From an uncultured Acidobacteriota bacterium (GTDB lineage Bacteria > Acidobacteriota > Thermoanaerobaculia > UBA5066 > Gp7-AA6): DNA of 64,000 nt. Below the pieces are notes generated by a model. It saw nothing but the letters and a program-made list of their open reading frames with translations, did not search any database and was not told the DNA's origin. Below are positions 40,277 to 49,946 of the stretch, in pieces. Position 1 is the stretch's first letter. Each line of letters starts with the position of its first letter. Where the stretch lies: contig CAVXTP010000021.1 of NCBI GenBank assembly GCA_963764715.1, positions 288,001 through 352,000 on the forward strand, read 5' to 3'. The position numbers were made by a program, and so were the translations under genes.

Positions 40277-42463
40277 TCACTGGAGTGAGAAGGTCTTGAC
40301 CACGAAGACGGCCATCTGGCCCCGGGTGGCGTTGTTGAGCGGGCAGTAGTTGCCTCCGCCGCAGCCGCCGGTGATCTGTTCCGCATTGAGCTGCTCGATC
40401 CAGTCGGCAAACAGCGACGGGCAGGCGACGTCGGTGAAGGCGCCCGCGCAGGCCGGCGGGACGTAGGCCGGGCCGTGCTCGGCCTTCAGCAGGAACGGGG
40501 CCATCTGGTCGCGCCGGACGGGATTGGTGGGGCAGAAGTTGCCGTTGCCGCATCCCCCGGTGATCCCCTCGGCGGCGAGCGCCTCGATCCAGTCGGCGAA
40601 GGTCGAGGGGCAGGCCACGTCGCCGAAGGTTCCCGAGCAGGGCGGCGGGACGTAGCAGAGGCCGTGGCGGGCCTTGAGCAGAAAGACCGCCATCTGCTGG
40701 CGCAGGGTCGGTTGGTCGACGCCGTAGAGACCGCCGCCGACGCCGACGGTGATGGCGTTGGAGACGAGCGTCGTGACGAAACCGTAAAACTGGTGACCAC
40801 CGTCCACGTCGAGGAAGTCCGAGACCCAACCCTTCACGAGGGTCCCGGTGGTGCCGTCGGGAGTCGTCGCGACCACGTCGTTGACCGTTCCCGGCGGCAG
40901 CGCGGGAGACGTCGTCGTCAGGGACTGGTCGTTGACGAAGGTTACCCCGGCGGCGGCGCCGCCGAACGTCAGCGTGGTCGGGTCCGCGAAGTCCGTGCCG
41001 GAAACGGCGATGGCCGTGCCGCCCGCGCCGGGGCCCGATGTCGGACTGATCGAGAAGATGATGCGCTGCGAAAACTCCGAGGTGTTCCCCGCGGGATCCG
41101 TCGCCGTGGCCGAGATCCGGGCGCCCGGATCGGTCACGACCGGCAGGATGACGTCGAAGGTCGCGTTGCCGCTCCCGTCCGTCGTGACCTGCGAGGAGCC
41201 GAGATAGGTCTCGCCCTCCAGGAACTCGCGCGGGAAGTTGGAACAGGACCGGTTCTCATAGAAATCGATCTCGAAGAGGGTCGACGGAGCGCTGTGGAGC
41301 TTGCCGATGATTCGAGTGCTCCCCGAGCCCTGCGGACCCAGGTGCCCGATGGAGGTGAGGACGGGAAAGTTCTGCTGCAGGTTGGCGCCGCCGTCGGCAT
41401 CCATCGGGTCGTTGAAGTTCGGGCCCTCCGTTCCGATGTCGATGCCGAGCGCGCCGTTGTCGTGAATGGAGTTGCCGCGAACGGAGTTGTTCCATCCGCC
41501 GTTGCTACTCAGCAGGACTCCTTGCGCCGCGTTGTACGCGATCACGTTCGCCTGCCCGGGACCGACGCCCCCGATGAGGGCGTCGTGACCCCCGAAGTTG
41601 GTCAGTACGCCGATGCCGTTTCCGAGCGGCCCCGTTCCGGCCGCGTTGACGCCGATGAGGTTCCCGTAGACCACGTCGACGGTCTGGACCTGCTCCATGA
41701 AGATCCCCAGGGCGTTGCCCGAGATCACGTTGCCTTCGCCCGCCCCGGCTCCTCCGATCAGCATGCCGGCGCCGAAGCCGTTCACGCACGTGATGCCGGT
41801 GCTTGTGTTGCCGAGTGCCACGGAGCCGGTCTTGTCGGTGCCGATGAGATTGCCCTGGATCACGCCGCCGTTGATCCCCGCGGTGATTCCAACTGTGTTT
41901 CCGGAGATCAGGTTTCTATCCGCGGGCGAGGGGCCGCCGATCACGCTGCCCGGGGTGGACGCATTGATGCCCTCGCTGTTGCCGAGGGCGACCGCTCCCG
42001 AGGCGTCGGTTCCGAGGAACGTGCCCTTGACGGTGCACCCGCTGACTCCTCCGTTGATCTGCACGCCGGCGCCGAAGCCGTGGATTGCAAGGCCCCGGAG
42101 AAGGCTGCCGTCGTGGGATACGAACTGAATGCCCGTTCCCGGCGGCACGGCGCTGCCATCGAGCTCGATCAGGATGACGGCGTTCGTGGCGACCGGGTCG
42201 GTGTTGGAGCTCGCGCCCGGCTGCGTGTAGCCGTCGATGGTCACCGTCTCTGTCAGTGCCGGCAGGACCGAAGCGGGGGCGATGACATGGACGCCGGCAC
42301 CCGGGATGTTGAACTCGATCGTGTCGGGGCCCGGGTTGGCGTTGGCGTCGAGAATGGCCTGTCGCAGGGAGCCGGCCCCGGAGTCATTCGTGTTGGCGAC
42401 AGTGAAGGTAGCGGCAGCCAAAGGCGCGGACACCAGGTACAAGAGAACGGCGAGCTTTCTCAC
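40277..42463 (-). CDS. Secreted beta-helix + IPT/TIG + SLH-like surface protein (paralog 9)
   Basis: Same architecture. GTG start; its AGGAGG RBS overlaps the TAG of the orphan tail. Confidence 0.85.
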   Translation of the reverse strand: MRKLAVLLYLVSAPLAAATFTVANTNDSGAGSLRQAILDANANPGPDTIEFNIPGAGVHVIAPASVLPALTETVTIDGYTQPGASSNTDPVATNAVILIELDGSAVPPGTGIQFVSHDGSLLRGLAIHGFGAGVQINGGVSGCTVKGTFLGTDASGAVALGNSEGINASTPGSVIGGPSPADRNLISGNTVGITAGINGGVIQGNLIGTDKTGSVALGNTSTGITCVNGFGAGMLIGGAGAGEGNVISGNALGIFMEQVQTVDVVYGNLIGVNAAGTGPLGNGIGVLTNFGGHDALIGGVGPGQANVIAYNAAQGVLLSSNGGWNNSVRGNSIHDNGALGIDIGTEGPNFNDPMDADGGANLQQNFPVLTSIGHLGPQGSGSTRIIGKLHSAPSTLFEIDFYENRSCSNFPREFLEGETYLGSSQVTTDGSGNATFDVILPVVTDPGARISATATDPAGNTSEFSQRIIFSISPTSGPGAGGTAIAVSGTDFADPTTLTFGGAAAGVTFVNDQSLTTTSPALPPGTVNDVVATTPDGTTGTLVKGWVSDFLDVDGGHQFYGFVTTLVSNAITVGVGGGLYGVDQPTLRQQMAVFLLKARHGLCYVPPPCSGTFGDVACPSTFADWIEALAAEGITGGCGNGNFCPTNPVRRDQMAPFLLKAEHGPAYVPPACAGAFTDVACPSLFADWIEQLNAEQITGGCGGGNYCPLNNATRGQMAVFVVKTFSLQ

Positions 42464-42471
42464 GAGTCCTC

Positions 42472-42483
42472 CTATTGCAGGTT
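42472..42483 (-). pseudogene. Orphan duplicate of the SLH gene 3' end (NLQ*)
   Basis: AACCTGCAATAG versus the upstream gene end AACCTGCAATGA. Confidence 0.65.
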
Positions 42484-42547
42484 GACCCGACCACCGAAGG
42501 CAGACCCCCGGCAGTAGGGAACGCCGTGCGAAGCACGGCGGTAACTC
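42484..42547 (-). repeat. Two-hairpin element copy 2
   Basis: GAGTTACCGCCGTGCTTCGCACGGCGTTCCCTACTGCCGGGGGTCTGCCTTCGGTGGTCGGGTC. Confidence 0.9.
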
Positions 42548-42572
42548 GAATCTGACTTGACCGCGATTCTGC

Positions 42573-44987
42573 TCATTGCAGGTTGAATGTCTTGACCACG
42601 AAGACGGCCATCTGGCCCCGGGTGGCATTGTTGAGCGGGCAGTAGTTGCCTCCGCCGCAGCCGCCGGTGATCTGTTCCGCGTTGAGCTGCTCGATCCAGT
42701 CGGCAAACAGCGACGGGCAGGCGACGTCGGTGAAGGCGCCCGCGCAGGCCGGCGGGACGTAGCTCGGGCCGTGCTCGGCCTTCAGCAGGAAGGGGGCCAT
42801 CTGGTCGCGCCGGACGGGGTTGGCCGGACAGAAGTTGCCGTTGCCGCAGCCTCCGGTGATGTCCTCGGCCGCGAGGGCTTCGATCCAGTCGGCGAAGGTC
42901 GAGGGGCAGGGCACGTCGCCGAAGACTCCCGAGCAGGGCGGCGGAACGTAGCAGAGGCCGTGGCGGGCCTTGAGCAGGAAGACGGCCATCTGCTGGCGCA
43001 GCGTCGGCTGGTCGACGCCGTAGAGGCCGCCGCCCACACCGACGGTGATGGCGTTGGAGACGAGGGTCGTGACGAAGGAGTAGAACTGGTGGCCGCCGTC
43101 GACGTCGAGGAAGTCCGAGACCCAGCCTTTGACGAGGGTCCCGATGGTGCCGTCGGGAGTCGTCGCGACCACGTCGTTGACCGTTCCCGGAGCCAACGCG
43201 GGAGACGTCGTCGTCAGGGACCGGTCGTTGACGAAGGTTACCCCGGCGGCGGCGCCGCCGAACGTCAGCGTGGACGGGTCCTCGAAGTCCGTTCCGGAAA
43301 CGGCGATCGCCGTTCCGCCCGCACCGGGACCCGAAGTCGGACTGATCGAGAAGATGATCCGCTGCGAAAACTCGGAGGTGTTGCCCCCCGGGTCCGTCGC
43401 CGTCGCCGTGATGCGCGCCCCGGCCTCGACGACCACGGGAAGCGTCACGTCGAATAGAAACGTGCCGGCCCCGTCCGTCGTGACCTGGGAAGAGCCGAGG
43501 TAGGTCTCGCCCTCCAGGAATTCGCGCGGGAAATTGGAGCACGCCGGGTTGGCGTAGAAGTCCAGGTCGAACGTCGTCGAGGCGGCGGAGTGAAGGTGGC
43601 CCTGGATCCGGGTGCTCGCTCCGCCGGGGACCAGAGCGGTGACGGACGAGACGATCGGGAAGTTCTGCCGTCCGTTGGAGCCGGTGTCCGCGTCCCCAAT
43701 GTCGTTCGGATTGACGCCGTCGTTCGCGAGATCGATACCGAGATTGCCGTTGGAATGGATCGAGTTGCCGCGGATGGTCCAGCCCGAGCCGGACGCGCCG
43801 AACACGCCGGTGTCGTTGAACGCGATCGTGTTCCCTTCGCCCGGGTTCACGCCGCCGATGACGCTTCCCGCGGCGGGCGTCGCGAGATAGATTCCGATGC
43901 CCCCGTTGGGGACCGGCAGCAGGCCGGTGGGGTCCGTGCCGATGAAGTTGCCCTGGACGGTGTTCGCCGCTGCGCCGTCAACGAACTGGATTCCGTTGGC
44001 GTTTCCGGAAATGACGTTGCCAGCCCCCGCGGCCGATCCGCCGATCAAGTTGTCGTGCGGCGCGTTGTTCGTGTGGATCCCGACCACGGCCCCGACGCCG
44101 GCCGTCCCGGTGGCGTTTGTCCCGATGAAGTTGCCCTGGATCGTGTTGTGGTGCGATCCCGTGGCGAGCAGCAGCGCCGCGTTGCCGTAGACGACGTTGC
44201 CGGCGCCCGGCGCGGTCCCGCCGATGAGGTTGTCGTGTGCGTTCGCGGACATGGTGATGCCCGAGGTCGTGGCCGGAAGGAGGGTCAGGGCGGCAGTGCC
44301 CGCAGCATTGAGGCCGATGTAGTTGCCCTGGACGGTGTTGCTGCTGGCCAACTCGATGAGGAGATTGGCGCCGCCGGAGGCACCACCGCCCGCCATGACG
44401 TTGCGCCCCGCGGGCGTCGTACCGCCGACGAGGTTGCCCGAGGTACTGCTCAGGTAGGTGAGCCACGTCGAAACGGCCGGGATCGTCGTGCCGGTCGAAT
44501 CGGTACCGATGAAGTTGCCCTCGATGGTGCTTCCGCTGTTCTGGTCGACCCGGATGGCCGAGACGGTCCAGCGGTTGAGCACCAGCCCGCGGACCGTGGA
44601 ACCGCCGCCCCCGAGAAAGAGCCCGATGCCGGAGCCCACGTTCGTCCCGTCGAGCTCGATCCGGAGCACCGCGTCGTCGCCCACGGCGAGCGTGTTGACG
44701 CTCGAGCCGGGCTGCGTGTAGCCGTCGATCAGGACCGGGCCGGTCAGGTGATCGAGGGTCGTCGCCGGCGTGATCGTGTGCACGCCGGAGCCCGGGATGT
44801 TGAAGGCAATCGTGTCGGTGCCGGCGTTGGCGTTGGCGTCGAGGATCGCCTGGCGCAGCGACCCGGCGCCGCTGTCGTTGGTGTTCGTGACGGTGAACGT
44901 CGAGGCCGAAGCCGTCCCGGCCGCCGCGAATGCGAGGGCGACGGCGGGGACGATGCGACGAAGGCTCGATGCGATTCCGTTTCGCAT
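42573..44987 (-). CDS. Secreted beta-helix + IPT/TIG + SLH-like surface protein (paralog 8)
   Basis: Same architecture; TAAGGAG RBS. Confidence 0.85.
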   Translation of the reverse strand: MRNGIASSLRRIVPAVALAFAAAGTASASTFTVTNTNDSGAGSLRQAILDANANAGTDTIAFNIPGSGVHTITPATTLDHLTGPVLIDGYTQPGSSVNTLAVGDDAVLRIELDGTNVGSGIGLFLGGGGSTVRGLVLNRWTVSAIRVDQNSGSTIEGNFIGTDSTGTTIPAVSTWLTYLSSTSGNLVGGTTPAGRNVMAGGGASGGANLLIELASSNTVQGNYIGLNAAGTAALTLLPATTSGITMSANAHDNLIGGTAPGAGNVVYGNAALLLATGSHHNTIQGNFIGTNATGTAGVGAVVGIHTNNAPHDNLIGGSAAGAGNVISGNANGIQFVDGAAANTVQGNFIGTDPTGLLPVPNGGIGIYLATPAAGSVIGGVNPGEGNTIAFNDTGVFGASGSGWTIRGNSIHSNGNLGIDLANDGVNPNDIGDADTGSNGRQNFPIVSSVTALVPGGASTRIQGHLHSAASTTFDLDFYANPACSNFPREFLEGETYLGSSQVTTDGAGTFLFDVTLPVVVEAGARITATATDPGGNTSEFSQRIIFSISPTSGPGAGGTAIAVSGTDFEDPSTLTFGGAAAGVTFVNDRSLTTTSPALAPGTVNDVVATTPDGTIGTLVKGWVSDFLDVDGGHQFYSFVTTLVSNAITVGVGGGLYGVDQPTLRQQMAVFLLKARHGLCYVPPPCSGVFGDVPCPSTFADWIEALAAEDITGGCGNGNFCPANPVRRDQMAPFLLKAEHGPSYVPPACAGAFTDVACPSLFADWIEQLNAEQITGGCGGGNYCPLNNATRGQMAVFVVKTFNLQ

Positions 44988-45039
44988 GAAGGACTCCTTA
45001 TGGATCGTCACCGGAACGGGTCCGGAGGTTGGATTGCGG

Positions 45040-47244
45040 TCACTGGAGATTGAAGGTCTTGACCACAAACGCGGCCATCTGGCCGCGCGTGGCGAGGTTG
45101 AGCGGGCAGTAATTGCCTCCGCCGCAACCGCCGGTGATGCTTTCCGCATTGAGCTGCTCGATCCAGTCGGCAAAGAGCGAGGGGCAGGCAACGTCGGCAA
45201 ATGTCCCCGCGCAGGCGGGAGGGACGTAGCTCGAGCCGTGCTCGGCTTTCAGGAGGAAGGGAGCCATCTGGTCGCGGCGGACGGGATTGGCGGGGCAGAA
45301 GTTTCCATTGCCGCAGCCCCCGGTGATGCCCTCGGCCGCGAGGGCCTCAATCCAGTCGGCGAAGGTGGAGGGGCAGGGCACGTCGGCGAACGTCCCGGTG
45401 CAGGGCGGCGGAACGTAGCAGAGGCCGTGGCGGGCCTTCAACAGGAAGACCGCCATCTGTTGACGCAGCGTCGGCTGGTCGACGCCGTAGTTACCGCCAC
45501 CGACCCCCGCGGTGATGCCGTTGGAGACGAGGGTCGTGACGAACGAGTAGAACTGCTGGTTGGCCGGGACGTCCAGGAAGTCCGCCACCCAGCCCTTGAT
45601 GAGAGTTCCCGTCGTACCGTCCGGCGTCGCAACGACGATGTCGTTGACCGTGCCGGGAGAGAGCGCGGGGCTCGTCGCCGTGAGGGTGTGATCGTCGACG
45701 AATCCGGGGCCCGCTGTCAGGCCGCCGATCGTCATCGTCGTCGGGTTGGCGAAGTCCGTGCCCGCGACGTTGAGAGCCATTCCGCCGGCGGCCGGCCCGG
45801 AAGCCTGGAACATACGGAAGATGATCCGCTGCGAGAACTCGGACGTGTTGCCGTTCGGGTCGGTCGCGGTGACGGAGACGCGGGCGCCCTGTTCGGTCGC
45901 TGCGGGCAGAATGACGTCGATGGACGCATGGCCGGTGCCGTCGGTCGTGACCTGCGAGGATCCGAGATAGCTCGGGCCTTCGAGGAACTCTCTCGGGAAG
46001 TTGGAGCAGGCGGCGTTGGCGTAGAAGTCGAGGTCGAAGGTCGTCGAGGCCGTGCTGTCGAGCTTGCCGACGATGTGCGTCGTGGCCCCCGTCGCGACCG
46101 TCTGGAGGATCGGAAAGTTCTGGAGACCGTTCGCGCCATTGTCGGCGTCGGCGGGATCGTTGAAGTTCGGCTGTCCGTCGCCGTTGAGGTCGATGCCGAG
46201 GCCGGCGTTGTCATGGATCGTGTTGCCCCGGATGACGTTGCGTTGACCCGAGTTCGAGATAAGGATTCCGGCGCCGCCGTTGTAGGCGATCGTGTTGGCC
46301 GCGCCGGGGGCGAGCCCACCGATCGTGGCGTCGTTGGACTCGTGGATGTTGATCCCGCCGAGCGCGTTGCCGAGCGGTGCCGTGCCATCGGCCGTCGTGC
46401 CGATCTGGTTGCCCTGGAACACGACGGCGGCCTGTAGGAAGACGGCGTAGAGACTGTTGCCCGAGATCACGTTGCCGGCGCCGGGTGCGGTTCCGCCGAC
46501 GGTCGCCGGGGCATTGGAGTAGAGGCCGTCGGCATTGGGGAGGGCGTGCATGCCGGTGGCATCCGTGCCGATGAGATTCCCCTCGACGCGCGATCCCGCC
46601 GCGCCCCCGACGAGCTGGATGGCTCCCGCAAAGATGGCGGCGGTGTTTCCGGAAACGAGATTCCGGTCGGCGGGCGTCGTTCCACCGACGAGGTCGCCGG
46701 GGGCGTTGATCTGGATCGCCTCGTTGTTGGGGCTGGCGGCCATGCCGGTGGGATCCGTTCCGAAGAAGCATCCGCGGATGACGTTGCCGCCGCCGGCGCC
46801 GGGGTTGAACGTCTGCAAGCCCTGGAGCCAGCGATTGACGACCAGGCCCTGGACCGTGCTGTTGCCCCCGGTGATGTTCAGCCCGAGTCCGTTGGCCACG
46901 AGGCTGCCGTCGAGCTCGATTCGAAGGACGGCGTTCGTCCCGACCGGGTCGGTGTTGACGCTCGATCCGGGCTGCGTGTATCCGTCGATCAGGACGGGGC
47001 CGGTCAGGAACGGCAGTGCCGTCGCCGGAGTAATCGTGTGGACGCCCGTGCCCGGGATATCGAAAGCGATCGTGTCGGCGCCCGCAGCCGCGTTGGCGTC
47101 GAGGATGGCCTGGCGCAACGAGCCAGCGCCCGAGTCGTTCGTGTTGGTCACGGTAAACGTCGCGGCGTCGAGCCGATCCGCCGGCGAAAAGAGCCAGGCG
47201 AGCGCGAGGCCGAGACCGACGACCGACGAGGTGCGAATCTTCAA
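45040..47244 (-). CDS. Secreted beta-helix + IPT/TIG + SLH-like surface protein (paralog 7)
   Basis: Same architecture; TTG start with AAAGGAG RBS. Confidence 0.85.
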   Translation of the reverse strand: MKIRTSSVVGLGLALAWLFSPADRLDAATFTVTNTNDSGAGSLRQAILDANAAAGADTIAFDIPGTGVHTITPATALPFLTGPVLIDGYTQPGSSVNTDPVGTNAVLRIELDGSLVANGLGLNITGGNSTVQGLVVNRWLQGLQTFNPGAGGGNVIRGCFFGTDPTGMAASPNNEAIQINAPGDLVGGTTPADRNLVSGNTAAIFAGAIQLVGGAAGSRVEGNLIGTDATGMHALPNADGLYSNAPATVGGTAPGAGNVISGNSLYAVFLQAAVVFQGNQIGTTADGTAPLGNALGGINIHESNDATIGGLAPGAANTIAYNGGAGILISNSGQRNVIRGNTIHDNAGLGIDLNGDGQPNFNDPADADNGANGLQNFPILQTVATGATTHIVGKLDSTASTTFDLDFYANAACSNFPREFLEGPSYLGSSQVTTDGTGHASIDVILPAATEQGARVSVTATDPNGNTSEFSQRIIFRMFQASGPAAGGMALNVAGTDFANPTTMTIGGLTAGPGFVDDHTLTATSPALSPGTVNDIVVATPDGTTGTLIKGWVADFLDVPANQQFYSFVTTLVSNGITAGVGGGNYGVDQPTLRQQMAVFLLKARHGLCYVPPPCTGTFADVPCPSTFADWIEALAAEGITGGCGNGNFCPANPVRRDQMAPFLLKAEHGSSYVPPACAGTFADVACPSLFADWIEQLNAESITGGCGGGNYCPLNLATRGQMAAFVVKTFNLQ

Positions 47245-47302
47245 GGCGAACTCCTTTGTCTCCCCGGAGGGGGACGCCACGTTTGGGACGGCGAACGGGT
47301 GG

Positions 47303-47650
47303 CTAGCGCGGAGGAGGTGCGCGCGAGGAGCGCGATTCGGAGAAAGCCGGGTCGAGGAGCGCGTCGTCGCCGTCGGGATGAACGCCGCCGGCGTCTTGCG
47401 GCGGGGGCGTCGTCGGTCCCTGGCCGATCCGGAGGGTCGCATGGGCCGGCCCGTGGAAAGCGGATGCGGCGCCCGACTCGAGACGGTCGGCGTCGTCGTC
47501 GGGGAGCGGGTCGGCCGTTGCTCCGCGCTCGACGGGAAGCAGAGCGAGGGAGACGAGAAGAAGGAGAACGAGGGCAGGAAGCGCCCGGCGCCAGCGGGCG
47601 CTTGCCGATGTCCCTCGACGGGAACGCCGGTTCCTCGGTCGGCAGGTCAC
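47303..47650 (-). CDS. Small exported/membrane leader peptide ending in a RAPP motif (putative arrest peptide)
   Basis: GTG overlaps the upstream TGA. Basic N-region, hydrophobic ALPALVLLLLVSLALLPV segment, low-complexity linker, C-terminus SRSSRAPPPR*. Confidence 0.55.
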   Translation of the reverse strand: MTCRPRNRRSRRGTSASARWRRALPALVLLLLVSLALLPVERGATADPLPDDDADRLESGAASAFHGPAHATLRIGQGPTTPPPQDAGGVHPDGDDALLDPAFSESRSSRAPPPR

Positions 47651-49938
47651 TGAAGATGGAAGGTCTTGACGACGAACACCGCCATTTGTCCGCGGGTGGC
47701 GTTGGTGAGCGGGCAGTAGGTGCCTGCGCCACAGCCGCCGGTGATGCTTTCCGCGTTGAGCTGTTCGATCCAGTCGGCGAAGAGGGACGGGCAGGGCACG
47801 TCCGAGAAGATGCCCGCGCAGGCCGGCGGGACGTAGCTCGAGCCGTGCTCGGCCTTGAGCAGGAACGGGGCCATCTGGTCGCGCCGGACGGGGTTGGCCG
47901 GGCAGAAGTTGCCTCCGCCGCAACCCCCGGTGATCCCCTCGGCCGCCAGGGCCTCGACCCAGTCGGCGAACGTCGAGGGGCAGGGCACGTCGCCGAAGAC
48001 TCCGGAGCAGGGCGGGGGAACGTAGCAGAGGCCGTGCCGGGCCTTGAGCAGGAAGACGGCCATCTGGCGGCGGAGCGTCGGCTGATCGACGCCGTAGTTG
48101 CCGCCTCCCACGCCGACGGTGATCGTGTTGGAGACGAGGGTCGTGACGAAGCCGTGGAAGGGATGGGCGTCGGGCGCGTCGAGGAAGTCGGCGACCCAGC
48201 CGTTCGAGAGGACGCCGATGTTGGCGGGCGTGTTGACGACGACGTCGTTGAAGGTCCCCGGCGGGAGCGCGGGCGAGGTGGTGTTGAGCGACTGCGAGTC
48301 GACGAAGGTGACCGGGACGGACTGGCCGCCGATCGTCATCGTCGTCGGGTCGACGAAGTCGGTCCCGGAGGCGGTGAGGGGCGTGCCGCCGGTGGCCGGG
48401 CCGGAGGCCGGGCTGATCGAGAAGATGATCCGCTGCGAGAACTCGGACGTGTTGCCGGCGGGGTCGGTCGCCGTGGCCGAGATGCGGACGCCGGCCTCGG
48501 TCGCGATCGGCAGCGTCACGTCGATCGCAGCGTCGCCCGAGCCGTCGGTCGTCACCTGGGTCGAGCCCAGATAGGTCTGGCCCTCCAGGAACTCGCGGGG
48601 GAAGGCGGCGCAGGCGGGGTTGGCGAAAAACTCGAGGTCGAAGGTCGTCGAGGCGACGCCGTGAAAGTCTCCCAGGATCCGGGTGCTGCCCGCCCCCTGA
48701 GGGCCGAGGTGTTCGACGGACTGGATCAACGGGAAGTTCTGCAGCCCGTTGGGCCCGCTGTCCCCGTCGCCGACGTCGTTCGGCGTGACGCCCCCGTTCG
48801 GTGTGAGGTCGATTCCCAGAGTGCCGTTGTCGAAGATCGAGTTTCGGCGAATGGTGGCCGGCATCAAGCCGCCTGTCCCCACGTAGCCGGCCACACCGTA
48901 GAGCCGGTTCCCCGAGATCACATTGCGCTCGACGAGCGCCGGGCGGTTGACGTCGAGTGGAATGCCGACGTCGAATCGGTAGATGGAGTTATCCGTAATG
49001 ACCGAGGAACCCCCGGTCTGGGTCACGTAGATGGCGAACTGCGTCGAGGCGGAGCCGTTTGCGGCGGAGTCGTGGAAGAGGTTTCGGGACACCGTGATCG
49101 TGCCGATCGGGCCGACGCCCGGGCTGCTGAAATCGATGCCGTCGAACGAGCCGTTGAACTCGTTCTGCTCGATCGTGACCGTGTCCACGGCGGGATTGAG
49201 AATGACGATGCTGCGCCAGCGCGTGAAGCCGAGCAGGTTCTTCTGGATCGTGTGGTTGCCGCCTCCCGTGATCCGGATCAGGTTGTTCTGGGTCTGGGTT
49301 GGCGCTCCCGGGTTGGTGTAGCTCGTCGCACCGGCTCCGATCACGTTGCCCTCGACGACGACTCCGCTCCCGCTCTGGATGTCGATGTTTCCGCTCCCGG
49401 TACCGACTCCGGAGAAGTCGCCGCCTCCGTGGAGCGAAAGGCCGCGGATGGTCACGGCATCGGCCTGGACGGTGAGGATGGCGCCGGAGAGATTGCGGCC
49501 GTCGATCTCGACCTCCGGCCCGTTCAACTGCGGCAGGGCGGGCTCGTCCCCGGTTCCGGTCCGGCCGTCCGGCCCGGTGCCGACGGTGCCGCCGGTTCCG
49601 AGCGTCACGTCGTTGGTGTTGCCGCCGTTGGCCGTCTGCGTGGCCCCGTCGATCGTGGTTCCCGGACACGTGATCACCGGGAGCGGGGTCAGCGGCGTGA
49701 TGACGGCGACGCCGTTCGTCAGCAGCCCGCCCGGAACGTCGAAGGCGATCAGGTGCCCTCCTCCGTTCGGGGAGTCCGCAGAGAGGCTCTGGCGAACGGG
49801 CGGGACGCAGCCCTGCGCGTCGGTCAGGGCCTGCCGGAGAGAGCCTGGCCCGGAGTCGTCCGTGTTCGTCACGGTGAACGTGGCTGCGGAGAGGGGCAGC
49901 GAGCTGACGCAGAGGAGGATCGAGGCGACTCGCTTCAT
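47647..49938 (-). CDS. Secreted beta-helix + IPT/TIG + SLH-like surface protein (paralog 6, most divergent passenger region)
   Basis: Same ends as the other paralogs; distinct insertions and a different beta-helix register. Confidence 0.85.
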   Translation of the reverse strand: MKRVASILLCVSSLPLSAATFTVTNTDDSGPGSLRQALTDAQGCVPPVRQSLSADSPNGGGHLIAFDVPGGLLTNGVAVITPLTPLPVITCPGTTIDGATQTANGGNTNDVTLGTGGTVGTGPDGRTGTGDEPALPQLNGPEVEIDGRNLSGAILTVQADAVTIRGLSLHGGGDFSGVGTGSGNIDIQSGSGVVVEGNVIGAGATSYTNPGAPTQTQNNLIRITGGGNHTIQKNLLGFTRWRSIVILNPAVDTVTIEQNEFNGSFDGIDFSSPGVGPIGTITVSRNLFHDSAANGSASTQFAIYVTQTGGSSVITDNSIYRFDVGIPLDVNRPALVERNVISGNRLYGVAGYVGTGGLMPATIRRNSIFDNGTLGIDLTPNGGVTPNDVGDGDSGPNGLQNFPLIQSVEHLGPQGAGSTRILGDFHGVASTTFDLEFFANPACAAFPREFLEGQTYLGSTQVTTDGSGDAAIDVTLPIATEAGVRISATATDPAGNTSEFSQRIIFSISPASGPATGGTPLTASGTDFVDPTTMTIGGQSVPVTFVDSQSLNTTSPALPPGTFNDVVVNTPANIGVLSNGWVADFLDAPDAHPFHGFVTTLVSNTITVGVGGGNYGVDQPTLRRQMAVFLLKARHGLCYVPPPCSGVFGDVPCPSTFADWVEALAAEGITGGCGGGNFCPANPVRRDQMAPFLLKAEHGSSYVPPACAGIFSDVPCPSLFADWIEQLNAESITGGCGAGTYCPLTNATRGQMAVFVVKTFHLQ

Positions 49939-49946
49939 GGTGTCCT

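Noticed and set aside
42484-42547. Group II intron D5/D6 remnant, known ribozyme, or intrinsic terminator
   Set aside because: I could not recognise an AGC/CGC-triad D5 hairpin or a hammerhead/twister core, and there is no U-tract. An Rfam search is still needed.
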